A stretch of 64,000 nt of DNA from Azolla caroliniana (GCA_043228905.1 JBHGNT010000018.1:5456001-5520000); one strand, 5' to 3'; positions 20,603-34,124 are shown, counted from the stretch's first letter. Program-made: numbers and translations. The notes: a model not told the origin generated them from the letters alone.

Positions 20603-23600
20603 TCACTTCGGCATGGGATGTCTTTCCAGTCCGACCCTCTTCTGGCACGCTTCCAGCTTGTCGGGTGTGAGCACTTTGGTCAGCATGTCTGACCCGTTCT
20701 CGTCCGTGTGGATCTTCGTCAGCACGAACTCCTGGTCTTCTATCCTTTCCCGGATCTAGTGATATCTTCGCTGGATGTGCTTCGTCCGGGAGTGATAGGC
20801 CGCGTTCTTCGCAAGGTGGATGGCACTCTGACTGTCGCAGTAGAGTCGGTACTCCTCCTGCCGGATACCGAGCTCTCTAATGAAGTCCTTCATCCATATT
20901 ATTTCCTTGCCGGCTTCAACAGCCGCCATGTACTCCGCCTCCGTGGTTGACAACGCAACCGTCTTCTGCAGCCTCGACTGCCACGAAACAGCTCCCCCTG
21001 CATACGTCATCACATACCCTGATGTGGACCGGCTGGTATCTGCATCAGCCGACATATCCGAATCGGTAAAGCCGTCGAGTTCGGGCTTACTGGAGCCGAA
21101 TCGGAGGCACACGTTTGCCGTGCCCTTCAGGTATCGGAGTATCCACTTGACCGCGTTCCAGTGTTCTTTGCCGGGATCATGTACCGGCTCACCACTCCAA
21201 CTGCATATCCTATGTCCGGTCTTGTACACACCATTGCGTACATCAAGCTTCCGACGGCAGAGGCATATGGTACTTTCATCATGTCCTCCTTCTCAGCCTT
21301 CGTCTTGGGGCTTTGCTTGCTGGACAACTTGCAGTTTGCCGGGAGGGTCGATCCGACCGGTCTTGCTTCCGACATGTTGAACCGGTGAAGCACCTTTGTC
21401 ACGTACTTCTCCTGTGACAGCCACAACTGCTTCTTCTTCCGGTCCCGGATGATGTGCATCCCTAGTATTTGCCTCGCCGGACCCAGGTCCTTCATTGAGA
21501 AGGTTCGGTGAAGCGCTTTCTTCAGCGTCTGTATCTTGACCTGGTCCCGTCCGACGATCAACATGTCGTCCACGTATAGGAGGAGTATTAGAAAGTCTCC
21601 TCCTTCGAACTTCTTCACAAACACGCAGTGATCGGACTGCGTTTTGTGGTACCCTTCATCGGTCATGAAGGAGTCGAACTTCCGGTACCATTGCCGGGGA
21701 GCCTGCTTCAGTCCGTAAAGGCTCTTCTTCAACCGGCATACCAGGTGCTCCTTCCCTTTCTTCTCGAATCCTTCCGGTTGCTGCATGTAGATCTCTTCTT
21801 CGAGGTCACCGTGAAGGAATGTCGTCTTCACGTCCATCTGTTCTACCTCGAGGTCCATGCTTGCCGCTATGCTCAGCACCGTCCGGATGGAGGTCATCTT
21901 CACTACCGGGGCAAATATCTCGTCGAAGTCGACGCCCTTCTTCTGCTGGAACCCCTTCACCACGATCCTGGCTTTGTATCTCGTGGGTTTTCCGGCATCT
22001 CCCGGTTTCAGCTTGAACACCCACTTGTTCCGAAGTGCCCGCTTTCCTTTCGGCAACTCCACAAGTTCATATGTGTGGTTCTCATGCAAGGAATCCATCT
22101 CCTCCTGCATGGCACTTAACCACCTGCGGCTATGGGTGTCAAGCTTGGCTTCTTCAAAACTCTCCGGCTCCCCCTCGTCGGTTAGTAGCACGTGCTCTGG
22201 TTCCGGAAATCTCCGGGGGGCCCTTCTCTCTCTTAGAGGATATCTCCGTTCCGGAGCTTCGGTAACCGGCCCTTCCGTTTCCTCTTCATCCGAATCCATT
22301 TCGGGATCGGGGCCGGTTCCGGTATCAGTTTCATCTTCCTCGGCCGGTTCTGTTTCTTCACCGTCTTCGGCCGGATCCTCGAGTGCTAACCGGTCCCTTG
22401 CCGGTCGGGACTGCTCTTCGTAGAGTTGATTCTCACCGGTCAACTTGGAGCTCTTCATCTTCTTCTCCGACTCCCAGTCGGCGAGTGTCTTGTCCTCCAT
22501 GAAGATGATATCTCGACTCCTGAATATCTTCTTTTCGACCGGGTCCCATACTCGGTAGCCGAACTCGTCGTCGCCGTAACCGAGGAATATGTGTGGCCGG
22601 GTCTTTGGATCTAGCTTTCCTCTCCGGTCCTTTGCCACATGCACGTATGCGAGACTCCCGAACACCTTTAGATGCCGGTAGGAGACTTCCTTACCGGTCC
22701 ACACTCTCTGCGGCGTGTCTCCGTCCAAAGGTACTGAGGGTGATCTGTTTATCACGTATGTCGCCGTTGACATTGCCTCAGCCCAAAACCCCTTGGGTAA
22801 TTTCGCATGCGCCAGCATACTCCGGACCCTCTCCATTATGGTCCGGTTCATCCTCTCGGCCAGCCCGTTTAGTTCCGGCGTCTTCGGCACAGTAAACTCG
22901 AGCCGGATTCCCTTCGAGCGACAGTACTCCTGGAACTGCCCCCGGTATTCCCCTCCGTTATCCGCTCGTGTCGCTTTCAGCTTCTTGCCGGATTCCCTTT
23001 CCACTCTCGCGTGGAGTTCTTTGAAGACGGACAATACTTGGTCCTTTGTCTTCAACGGTGCCGTCCACAGCTTCCAGCTGTGGTCATCAATGAATGTCAC
23101 GATGTACTGGGCTCCGCCATGTGACTTCGTTTCTACTTGACACACGTCAGTGTGCACCAACTCCAATGGTGCGCTACGTCTCGTCGGTGGCCTTGTGTGG
23201 AAGGAGGTCCGGTTTTGCTTACCGGCCAGACAGTCGGTACACTTCCCCAAGTGTACATGCTTTACCGGTATCAGGTTGTCTTCGGCAAGCCTCTTCATCC
23301 CCTTCTCGCTCATGTGGCACAGTCTCTTGTGCCATAGCTCACCGGCAGTGTCTGCTGCCACGTTCAGCTCCTCCGGACATAGCCGGGAATTCATCAGGTA
23401 CAGTGTGTTGATCTTCCGGGCCCGAGCCATTATCAGGCTCCCTTTGCTGAACTTCATGACACCGTTCCGGATGCTACCCGTGTAGCCTTCATCGTCTAGC
23501 CTCCCGGCCGAAATCAGGTTCAATCGAACCTCCAGAACGTGTCGAACATCCTTCAACAGCATCTTGCATCCGGTTGATGTCATCAGCCACACGTCTCCTA

Positions 23601-24672
23601 TGCCGGCAATCCGGCATGTACCTTCATTTCCCATCCGGACACATCCGTGCTCACCGGCTGTGTAGGATGAGAAGTATTTCTTCTCCGGGGTCAGGTGGAA
23701 CGACGCTCCGGAATCGACCACCCAGGTCATCTCTTCACCGGCAAGGTTCAGCTCCCTCTCTTCGGTAATGAGCATTATCTCTTCTTCACTTGCCGCGAGT
23801 GCCGTCGTTCCTTTCCGGTCCTGCCCTTGCCGATCCGGACCTCTCCGGTCCGTGGCTCCCCGGTATGCACCGTTTCGCTCCGGTGACTTCTTCGAATCGG
23901 TGTCGTCGGCTCCGTTGTCTTTTCGGTAATGCCGACAATTCTTCCGGAAGTGCCCCGGCTTCCCACAGTGGAAGCATGTGGGCCTTCCTCTTGACTGCGA
24001 CCGGGTCCCCGACTTCTCCCGTCTTTGCGGACTCCGGTTCCGTTGTCTTCCCCGTTCCGATTCGGTAAGCAGTGCCTTCGAGTCGAAGACCGGTTCTTTA
24101 TCTCTTCAACGCGCTTCTTCGTTCAAAATACTTGTCTTTACCGTTTGTAGGGACAAGTTATCTTCGGTGCAGGAGGTGCTGAGAGTCACCACCAAGTTCT
24201 CCCAGCTTTCCGGCAATGTACACATCAGGATGATGGCTTGCATTGCATCCTCCAACGGGAACTTGATCGCCGCAAGCTGGTTCACGAATCCCATGAACGT
24301 GCTTACGTGTTCCACCATACTCTCGCCGTCCCGGTACTTGAGGTTCACTATCTTCCTCATCAGGGAGGTCCGGTTCAACGCATTCTTCCTCTCGTAGAGG
24401 CCCGACAGCTTCCGCCACATCTCATATGCGTTGGTGTCGTTCGCCACATGTTGTAGAATGCTCACGTCGACGTATTGCCGAATGGTTGCAACGGCTTTCC
24501 GGTTCAGAAGCCTCCATTCCATCTCAAGTACCCCCTTGGGTATTTCCGACCTGTCGATCGGTTCATACAGGTCCCGAACAATGAGCAGATCCTCCATCTT
24601 TATCTTCCAGTCGGCGTAGTTCTGCGCATTCAGCACCATCATCCCCGGCTGCCCGCTGCTGCCGCCTTCCAT
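20603..24672 (-). pseudogene. Copia C gag-pol, disrupted
   Basis: Near-identical to the Copia A protein; nonsense at 24106-24108, 4-bp deletion near 21178, nonsense at 20756-20758. Confidence 0.93.
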
Positions 24673-24703
24673 TTTCTGCACTGCCGTCGCTCTGATACCA
24701 ATT

Positions 24704-24970
24704 TGTTAGGACATCAACGGTTTCCAAACCGTCACCTCTCGGCCACAACCGAGGAAACACGAGTCAATGCAGAAGTATATCGAAAACACAGAGAGAGACT
24801 TGAATGCACAGGGTTTAACGTGGAAAACCCTAGACGGGAAAAACCACGGGAGTGCAAGACTCCAACTATCACTATAAACAGAGATATACACTGGTGAAGC
24901 TACAAGGCGACAACCTTGAGCTCAATGTCTTCGCCACAGGCGGCGGTAATACACAGAGGCAACGACCTCC

Positions 24971-25013
<43 letters not shown>

Positions 25014-25365
25014 CTACTCTCACTTCGCTCCCCCTAAGTGGAAAAACAGAAAAATAAGCAACAACATAAAACTGTTTGCCCTAAGTAATATTTATACAAC
25101 ATATGACTTTCGGGCTATTTACAAATATAGCCTCTTGGGCCCTTAGCAAACATATTCACAAATATGTCCCCGCATCCGGATCTCTCTCCGGGTACATTCG
25201 TCATCCGGCTCCGTAGCCGGGGTCTTCATCATCCGGATCCGGAACCGGGTCTTCATCATCCGGCTCCGTAGCCAGGGTCTTCATCATCCGGATCCGGAAA
25301 CCGGGTCTTCATCATCCGGATCCGGAAATCCGACCATCCCATCCGGAGGGACCGTAATCCCAACA
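24704..25365 (-). repeat. Copia C 5' LTR (662 bp)
   Basis: Adjacent to PBS; followed on + strand by TSD GAAGA. Confidence 0.94.
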
Positions 25366-27245
25366 GAAGATAATGAACTCCGAGTCGACTGGTAAGGATC
25401 GACTCTACGATGAGCAGACCCAACCGGCAAGAGACCGGTTAGCACTCGAGCAACCAGCCGGTTACGGTGAGGATACCGAACCGGCAGAAGAAGAAGTAGA
25501 GGAAGCTGAGACCGGAACCGGCCAAGACCCCGAATCGGATTCGGATGAAGAGCAAATGGAGGAGCCGGTTATCGAAGCCCGAAGACGTAGATATCCTCTC
25601 AGAGACAAAAGGGCGGCCCGGAGATTTCCGGATGCGGAGCATGTTCTGCTGACCGATGAGGGGGAGCCGGAAAGCTTCGAAGAAGCGAAGGAAGACACCC
25701 ACAGCCGAAAATGGTTAAGTGCCATGCAGGATGAGATGGATTCCCTGCATGAGAACCATACGTACGAATTGGTGTAGTTGCCGAAAGGAAAGCGGGCACT
25801 TCGAAACAAGTGGGTCTACAAGTTGAAACCGGGAGATGTCGGGAACCCCTCGAGATACAAAACCAGGATCGTGGTGAAGGGGCTCCAGTAGAAGAAGGGC
25901 GTGGACTTCGACGAGATATTTGCCCCGGTAGTAAAGATGACCTCCATCCGGACAGTGCTGAGTATAGCAGCAAGCATGGACCTCGAGGTAGATCAGTTGG
26001 ATGTGAAGACGGCATTCCTTCACGACGACCTCGAAGAGGAGATCTACATGCAGCAACCGGAAGGTTTCGTGGAGAAAGGGAAGGAGCACCTGGTATGCCG
26101 GTGCAAGAAGAGCCTGTACGGACTGAAGGAGGCTCCCTGGCAATGGTACCGGAAGTTCGACTCCTTCATGACCGATCAAGGGTACCACAAGACGCAGGCC
26201 GATCACTGCGTGTTTGTGAAGAAGTTCGAAGGAGGGGACTTCCTGATACTCCTCCTGTACGTGGATGACATGTTGATCGTCGGACGAGACCAAGTCAAAA
26301 TACGGATGTTGAAGAAGGCTCTCAACCGGACCTTCTCAATGAAAGACTTGGGTTCGGCAAGATAGATGTTGGGGATGCACATCATCCGGAACCGGTCAAC
26401 GAAGCAATTATGGCTGTCACAGGAGAAGTATGTGACAAAGGTGCTTCACCGGTTCAACATGTTAGAAGCGAAGCCGGTCGGGTCAACACTTCCGGCAAAC
26501 TGCAAGCTGTTTGGCAAGCAAAGCCCGAAGACGAAAGCACAGAAGGCGGAAATGATGAAGATCCCATATGCCTCTACCGTCGGGAGCTTGATGTACGCAA
26601 TGGTGTGTACCCGACCGGATATAGGATACGCAGTCGGGGTGGTGAGCCGGTTTATGAGCAATCCCGGCAAGGAGCACTGGAACGCGGTCAAATGGATACT
26701 CCGGTATTTGAAGGGCACTTCAAATATGTGTCTCCGATTCAGCTCCGGAAAACCTCAACTGGACGGTTTCACCGATTCGGACATGTCGGCTGATGTGGAT
26801 ACCAGCTGGTCTACATCCGGGTATGTAATGACATATGCAGGGGGAGCTGTTTCGTGGCAGTCGAGGCTGCAGAAGACGCTTGCATTGTCAACCACGGAGG
26901 TAGAGTACATGGCAGTTGTGGAAGCCGGCAAGGAAATTTTATGGATGAAGGACTTCATCGGAGAGCTCGGTATACGGCAAGAGGAATACCGACTCTATTG
27001 CGACAGTCAAAGTGCCATCCACCTTGCTAAGAATGTGGCCTACCATTCACGGACGAAGCATATCCAGCGGAGGTATCACTGGATCCGAGAAAGAGTAGAT
27101 GACCAGGAGTTCGCACTGACGAAAATCCACACGGCTGAGAACGGGTCAGATATGCTGACCAAAGTGCTGACACCCGACAAGCTGGATGCATGCCGGAAGA
27201 GAATCGGACTGGTAAGACACCCCATGCCAGAGTGAAAGGGGAGTT

Positions 27246-27999
27246 TGTTGGGAGACAGGTCCCTCCGGATGGGAAGGGAGAAGAACAATGCCGACGAACA
27301 AACTCGGCCGAGGCCGAAACCGGATGAGGAGTACCCGGCTACGGAGAGCCGGATGATACAGGCCCGGTGTGAACCGAATGAGGAGTACCCGGGTACGGAG
27401 AGCCGGATGATACAGGCCCGGTGTGAACCGGATGAGGAGTACCCGGCTATGGAGAGCTGGATGGTGCAGGCCCGGTGTGAACCGGATGAGGAGTACCCGG
27501 CTACGGAGAGTCGGATGGTGCAGAACCGGTGAGAACCGAAGGAAGAGACATATTCGTAAATATGTTTCTGAGAGCCCATCAAGGCTATATTTTTAAATAG
27601 CCGAAAAGTCATATTAGTATAAATATGACTTAGGGCAAACTTTTAGTTGTTGTTGTCATTTTCTGTTTTGCACGAGATCAGTGTGCGTAACTATACAGAG
27701 AGAGAGAGAGAGAGAGAGAGAAAGAGGTTGTTGCCTCTGTTGTAACCGCCGCCTGTGGCGAGGATTTGTGAGCACTAGGTCGGTGCCTCAGTGAACTCAC
27801 TGTTGTATATTCCTACATAGTGACAGTTTGCAGCCTGTGGGCTGCCGTGGTTTTTCCCCTAGTTTGGGGTTTTCCACGTAAACCTCCTGTGTATTCTCTC
27901 CTTCTTTGTGTCTCGTTTTATTTCCCGTGTTTTTTTGTGTATCATTCTAAGCTCGGTTGTGGCCGAGCATTGCGCATAAGAAACGTTGGGTTCCCGTCA
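27246..27999 (+). repeat. Copia B 3' LTR (754 bp, four 54-bp U3 units)
   Basis: Repeat of 16997-17698; followed by TSD TTATG. Confidence 0.94.
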
Positions 28000-28004
28000 T
28001 TATG

Positions 28005-28566
28005 GGCGGACCGAACTACGCACAGTTCGGTAACCGGGTTCATGCCGGTAGAGCTTATGTACGGACAGAGGCCGATCATGCCAACGGAGCGAACCATCTC
28101 CTCATGGGCCACGGTGGACTGGAGAGATGAGATGAGCCGGGAGGAGCTGCTAGCGGCACAGATTCGACAGCTCGAGCGAAGGCCGGAGGACGTGGAACGA
28201 GCCGCGGAGAAGCTTCGGTTGGCAAGGTTGAAGAACAAAGGACGGTTTGACCGGACTCACCAACTGCGACCGAAGAAAATCGAGGAAGGCGATTGGGTCC
28301 TAGTGTATGACGGTAGCCTCAACAACTAGCACAGGGCAACGCGGAAGTTTGCAAGGAGGTGGTTCGGGCCTTACGTGGTGACAGGCGCCAACGACAACGG
28401 GACCTACCATCTTGCGGAGCTCGACAGTACGAGGATGGCAATACCAGTAGCGGGGAAGAGGGTCAAAGCGTTTAAGAAACGACACGAGTGCGAGCCGGAT
28501 CTGGAAATCATGGACGACGACGACGGGCGGTCCGAAGCGGATGACGAACCGGAAGACGAGGAGTAA
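28005..28566 (+). pseudogene. Gypsy pol segment 3 (integrase C-terminus, no chromodomain)
   Basis: WADRTTHSSVTGFMP.ELMYGQ, GDWVLVYD, WFGPYVV, YHLAELD; reading joins ..LPYAL| at 16996. Confidence 0.9.
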
Positions 28567-28641
28567 AGCATGGGCTGGTTTTCTCCAACAAGAGCCCAAT
28601 TTTGGCGCATACTGGTGGATGCGCGGTTAGGTGGGGGCAGA

Positions 28642-29344
28642 TGCCGCGAAGAAAACCGTCCCTAGGCAGAAACCGAGCTCAGCATGTGTAAACCGGCCCT
28701 TACACGCGAGCACACTTTTCGTTGTATGGTAAGTAGGTAGGTACAAGTCGGATGAGGTGAAATCCTAGGTAGCGCACATTTAATAGGGAGAGAATCGAGT
28801 TGTATCTCTATCCGAAAGGACAAAGAATTAATATGATGTAACGGATGATAACGGCCTCCCTCCTTGGGCTATAAAAGAGAGGGAGAGGAAGGAGAGAGGG
28901 GATCGCGCATTAGAGAGGAGGAAGTGCTGCTGGACTGGGACCGAGCCCTTCTCCTCTGCCACTCTCCATAGCCATTTTTGCGCAGGTTTTCGGGAGGCTT
29001 ACTTTGCTCCGTGGAACGCCCATGTGCTTCCGACAGAGTCTCCATCTCGCTCTTTTGTGTGTTTGAGTGAACAGGCGTCGGTGTTCGCCTTGCCAGCTTG
29101 TTAGTTGTAATCGTCTCGATATATATATATATATATACATTTATATACATACGTGTTCATATACTCGGACTTCGAGTCGTCCCGTTTTGCTGTGTTGTTG
29201 GACTGTGATTCCTGTCTGCTCCCGTGTCTGTGCGTGTGCAAGTGCGTCTATTGCCTTTCCGTTGTCCTCCTTCTCAGCTATTTCTCGGTCCAAGACCCCG
29301 GTGGTCCCGCCTCGTTCCCCACGCACGCGCGTAACAACGCGACA
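28642..29344 (+). repeat. Gypsy 3' LTR (703 bp)
   Basis: TGCCG...GCGACA, followed by ACGG. Confidence 0.93.
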
Positions 29345-29348
29345 ACGG

Positions 29349-30050
29349 CAAGTACATTGTGATTGGAACAATTCTGTAAATGTGCTTGAACAATACTCAC
29401 ACCCTCCATCAATTTATAATTGTAGAATGGATCTGCGTGTGATATTCTTTGCTAATTAGATGTAATTTCTGAATACTTGAAATGTTTGATCTTAGGTTTA
29501 AATAGGAATGTTATTATTGGAAAATAATTATAATAATCAATGAAGCTAATGAAATATTGAGATCTGGCTATGGAGTTTGTAGGGAAGGGTCAACATATGT
29601 CACTATGTACAAGTTGTAGTCGATGTTGGCATTTGTTATGCTGAATTGGAAACAAATGTTGTGGCATTTTGCCAAAAAAACATCCTTTGCAAATATCTAC
29701 CATGGAAAAACATTCTTTTGGTAAGCCACTAACCATATTATTTAATTGGAGTGCCTTGATGGCTTGAACATGTAGGTGTCCCAAGTTGATGATGTCATAA
29801 TATTGTTTGATTGATATTTTTTTCATTCTTTATAAATATTTGCTTCTATCTTCTAATGCGCAGGAATTTATTGAGTAGAATAGAGACCTCCCTCACTTGC
29901 TTGCAACTATATTTTATTTGTTCTCCATCTAATAATGTGTACTTTATTTGTGCGTAGTTTCTTTTAAATTCTCTTGATGCACACTTTTTTGTTGTTTGTC
30001 CAATAAATAACAAATGGTTTGTGATTCATAAAACGAAGTATACATTACAC
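29349..30050 (-). pseudogene. Old Copia relic, part right of the Gypsy (GAG-pre-integrase and integrase N-term)
   Basis: HLHVQAIKALQ..GLPK..ICKGCFFGK..LQLVHSDIC; continues in frame into 4848 once the Gypsy is removed. Confidence 0.8.
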
Positions 30051-30130
30051 GGGGTTTTGTACGAAGAGAGTTTGTAATGAAAAGGGAGAGAGACGAGCAT
30101 ATACGAGAGATAGAGATAGTCTATGATTCA

Positions 30131-30277
30131 AGAAGCAAGAGTATATCGTAAAAACAAGATTTATTATATTGGCAATATAAGATTTACCAAAGTTACAATG
30201 CTCTAGAAGCAAGAGTATATGGTAAAAACAAGCTTTATTATATTAACAATACAAGATTTTACCAAAATTACAATGCT
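30131..30277. repeat. Two-copy ~74-bp tandem duplication
   Basis: agaagcaagagtatat..aaaaacaag..ttacaatgct at 30131 and 30205. Confidence 0.85.
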
Positions 30278-30389
30278 TGATCACAAGGATGATACTTCAT
30301 GTGTGTCAAACTTCGAATCGAACCTCACCTTTAAATTTGAAAGATGAGATAATTTCTAGTGAGTTATCTTTTCATCCACCAATAATGAG

Positions 30390-32276
30390 TCAACCCTCTT
30401 TCTCAATGAAACAACCTCTGTGGTTGAAATAGACTTGCATGCCTTGCTCCATGAATTGGCCGACCGAAACCAAATTCTTTGTTATGGTTGGAACATACAA
30501 GAAATTTTTAAGATATGTCTGGTTGCCTTCTTTGTCGAATGGGAAATTGTCAACATGCCATATCGGATGAGTAGTGTCGTCCCTAGTCTCAACATAGTCG
30601 GGTCGATTAGGCACTCACAGGTCTCAGAACCAATCTTGATGAGACGTCATATTCTTTGAAGCACTGGAGTCGACAAACCATATGCCTTCTATGTTAGAGG
30701 TACTGGTCGGACTAGAGGCCGACATAGAATTTTCTCTATGTGTCATCACGAACATTCCGCCATATTCGTCATAGTAAGAGTTTGTGGCATAGTTTGTGAG
30801 TTGTCGACTTGTGGAGGCCAACTCACTTTTCTTCTTTCAGCACTCCTCATGGTGGCCGATTTTGCCACAATATCCGCATTCAACGAAATTTTGCCACAAT
30901 ATTCGTCATAGTAAGAGTTCGTGGCATAGTTTGTGAGTTGTCGGCTTGTGGAGGCCAACTCACTTTTCTTCTTTCAGCACTCCTCATGGTGGCCGATTTT
31001 GCCACAATATCCACTCCTCATATTCTATTGTCGGCTTGGTCCAGGATGACAGCTCCCCCTTCCGCCGAACGCTCCACGAGTGTTCTCGCTTTCTTGTCGA
31101 AGGTGGAGTTGCCTTCATGAAATGGTCCTCGTCCATTTCATCCTTGGCCAAATCGGCCTCTTCTTGCATGACCGTGTCCTCTACCGTTGCCCGAGTGTGT
31201 GTTGAGTAGTTGACCTTCCAAGGTGGTGCTTCTTGTTTGAACATGGTTTTCTTCAACCAGCGACTGAAGATCAAAGGAGGGAGGATTTTCCCTTGTGAGG
31301 ATGGTCGTTCTCATAGTGCTGAACCATGGTGCTAGGTCGTCGAGCCATATTTGCACCATCTCGTCATCGTCAACGTTCAACTCCTAGATCTTCAAGGTAT
31401 AGCTTATGATCGACATGTCCCTTTGTTGGACATTATTCAACTTTTGACATAGTTGAAGTTTTCGTGCGGTTGTGTTCACCGTAAAAATCTTCTTGAGGTT
31501 CTCCCAAGCTTCCTTCGACATCTTGGCTTCTCGAATATAGCCGAGCATGTGGTCGTGAACACATGAGGTTAGGCAATACAACACAAGACTTGCCGCTTGC
31601 TCTCATATTGGGTAGTCGGGGTGTGTTGGGTTGGGTTTCATTTCTTGAGCTCCTTCGATGTAGCTCCAATAGCCTTGGCTGACAATGTATTGGCGCATTT
31701 TGTATTCCCACGATGCAAAGTTATTTCTATCCAGATTTCATGATGGCCGAAATGGGTTTTCTTCTTATTATTTTTCTTCTCTCTCAGATACGAACTATGT
31801 AGGAGTGCTACGATAGCGATCGATTGGTTCTTCTTCGACGTCGGCGTAGGCACAACACGCGCGGATGGGCTTAGGAAAAGCTACCAAACTGCTCTAATAC
31901 CATGTAAATATTTAACTATGTAGTTATGTGCAACGGAGATAGACTAGAGGTATCTGTGTGTGTGTGTGTATGTGAAAAGAGAGAATAGAGACAAGATAGA
32001 CAGAAAATCAGAAAATTGTATATTCACAAGAAACAATAACAATCAACTACTTACAAAGGAGAGGAGAAGGTGCTTATATGCTCACCTTCCCTCTACATTC
32101 TCTTACTAAAACTACCTCTCGGGAAAGGGGGGGAAACCTTAACCACCTCAATAACTATTTGTCATAGGATGTAAGTCTTATGACACATTAGTTATGTTAC
32201 ATAGTCGTGGTGTGTTCACACACTTCACATATTAGAGCGTATTCCTACTAGGTTAAGTTGAGTTTGATTCTCAACA
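30390..32276 (-). mobile_element. Truncated Copia (5' LTR, PBS, gag, protease) of another family
   Basis: LTR candidate 31903-32276 (TGTTGAG..TTTACA on minus), PBS-Met variant 31891-31902 directly adjacent, gag EAWENLKKIF, protease WFVDSSASKNM. Confidence 0.82.
30762..31012. repeat. 137-bp-period tandem duplication covering the gag zinc knuckle
   Basis: atattcgtcatagtaagag..gccacaatatcc at 30762 and 30899. Confidence 0.88.
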
Positions 32277-32322
32277 ATATCATTTGGAGGATTATGGTAT
32301 GTGTAACTTTTGCTCGAGCTTA

Positions 32323-32542
32323 TATGATGTGTTCAGGTCGCAGTCCTATATGATACATGGAAAGTGTATCTTCTGCTCTGTCAAAGTGGAGGCTAATAGG
32401 AATTTTATTTGTTTCTTGTCCTGGCGTAAGAATGGTTTGGAAGGTAAGCAATGTAGTGTGGTTGTCTATGATGTGTTCAAACCGCAATCCTATGTGATCC
32501 ATGAAATGTGTATCTTTTGCTCTATCAAAGTGGAGGCTAATA
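32323..32542. repeat. Diverged ~76-bp direct repeat, period 144 bp
   Basis: tatgatgtgttca..tcaaagtggaggctaata at 32323 and 32467. Confidence 0.75.
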
Positions 32543-34124
32543 ATTATTTTTAGAGCACTTAGGTATTGAGGACTATGGTTCGATTGGAGTATGACAAATG
32601 CATTTGCTTTTGATTCATAATTTGGGCTCAAGAAATATATTCTAATGTTGAATGAATTACTTTCGTGGCATTTTTCATTGTTGGAAAGGTCAAGGAATCT
32701 ATCACATGCAGAGAGATAATTATGTTAGGTTACAATTGGCCTTATTCATAATCTGGATTGGTGTTTAGGTTGTGAGTTAATCCTTAACATTTGGGTACCA
32801 AACAAATTGGAAGTTTGTCGTAAGTTAGTCTTGGTGGTATAGGTTCAATAGGGATCTAGAAGTTCCTTATACGTTAATCTTGGTGGTGTGGATGTGATGG
32901 GGATACAAAGTTCATTGTAAGTTAATCATGGGAGTATTTTTTTCTTTGTAATGAAAAATATTGTAGACAGAGACAAAAAATAGAATAGAATAGATATTCT
33001 TATCGCCCACTTGGAGGCTAACTTTTGACCCATGGGACCAAATAAACACATCATGTTGTATGTGACTCCTTCCTAAGAAAAGAACTTATTACTTATTATC
33101 GAACACTCTATTTGAAAGTAAGGCACACACATACATGGTCATCTCTCTTGGAGGAGAACGAAGTGTGATGCCATCTAATTATCATGCTTGTCTAACAATG
33201 ATGACGTCAAAAGAACATGAGATGTTGGATTTTGAACTTGTCCAAAGAAGAACGTGCAGCCATCGAATGATTTGTGTGGTACGAGAAGAAGAAAGAGAAC
33301 ACTTAACTTAATGAAGAAAACCAACTTTGTATTCTTCCACCTTTTAAATATGATAGCAATTGCAAGAAGAAAAGAGAGGAATTAAACTCGTGGGGATTTA
33401 GAGTTTTCCAAGATTATGTAAGTTAAAGTTCCACAAAAGAAAGGTGCCTAAGATCTCACCTTAGTGAAACTGCCTTCATATGATATATATAAATAATACT
33501 CTCTTTCATCCTATGGATCTACATCCTACTATTACCAATCACATACTTGTATTCTCTATTGTATTATCAAATGCAATGATTTTAATTATGGTGGGCCTTC
33601 CTCTCTTGGCTACCTCTGAGTGTGCCACAAGTGACTCGACAAGTGACTCGACACTTAATCACTAAGTAGTTAAAAATTACCTATGCCATCCTATCTCTCT
33701 CGTCTCGGTACTAGGTAGGCATTCATAGGCTTAGCATGACTAAAATTTTCTTCCATAATGATGCTCTTTTCTTCACATATAGAAGCTTCCATCGCATTGA
33801 ATGTGCTTATAAGTTATAACCATATGCACGAAACATATTATCCGATTTTGTCTATCTCGGTTAGTGTTTCCGACGAAAGGGACAAACTTGATGCACCACA
33901 TGTAATAGGAAGTCCTCATGGATTGATTGTTCTTCTAATTCTAGCTCATTTCATTAATTCCTTCAATCATTCAAGACTCAAGTATTGATTCATGGGCTAG
34001 AGATCACATGGTGCTTCCGTCTCCTTCCCATCCATCCAATGCCAAAAGAAAAAGGCAGGATAAAGAGGCCATGTATGTCATAAGCACACTCTCTCTTTCC
34101 AGAGACCAATAACAACCTTCCCCC

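Larger units (their letters stand above)
19911..25365 (-). mobile_element. Copia C: same family as A and E, inserted antisense into Copia B
   Basis: LTRs 24704-25365 (5') and 19911-20592 (3'), TSD GAAGA, PBS-Met 24689-24700, PPT next to 20592. Confidence 0.96.
17729..27235 (+). pseudogene. Copia B gag-pol (17729-19910 and 25371-27235), several in-frame stops
   Basis: ATG 17729 MDESFGGMFKLTGSNY; stops at 18242, 25775, ~25888, 26363; all Copia domains present. Confidence 0.92.
16997..27999 (+). mobile_element. Copia B: degenerate Ty1/Copia with nested Copia C
   Basis: LTRs 16997-17698 and 27246-27999, TSD TTATG, PBS-Met 17701-17712, PPT before 27246. Confidence 0.95.
4849..29344 (+). mobile_element. 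Full-length degenerate non-chromo Ty3/Gypsy LTR retrotransposon (Phygy/Selgy-like by inference) carrying nested insertions
   Basis: LTR pair 4849-5561 and 28642-29344, 4-bp TSD ACGG, tRNA-Trp PBS, PPT before 28642, gag-PR-RT-RH-INT order, RT motif FLDDIPIKG, integrase ends at GPY..LAELD without chromodomain. Confidence 0.93.

Noticed and set aside
30390-32276. 5' end of the old Copia that hosts the Gypsy
   Set aside because: Both this segment and 29900-30050 contain the post-protease region in different sequence, so they are separate elements
33200-33655. TGACGTCA and duplicated acaagtgactcg as kinase promoter elements
   Set aside because: Short motifs expected by chance; not strict W-boxes; no expression data
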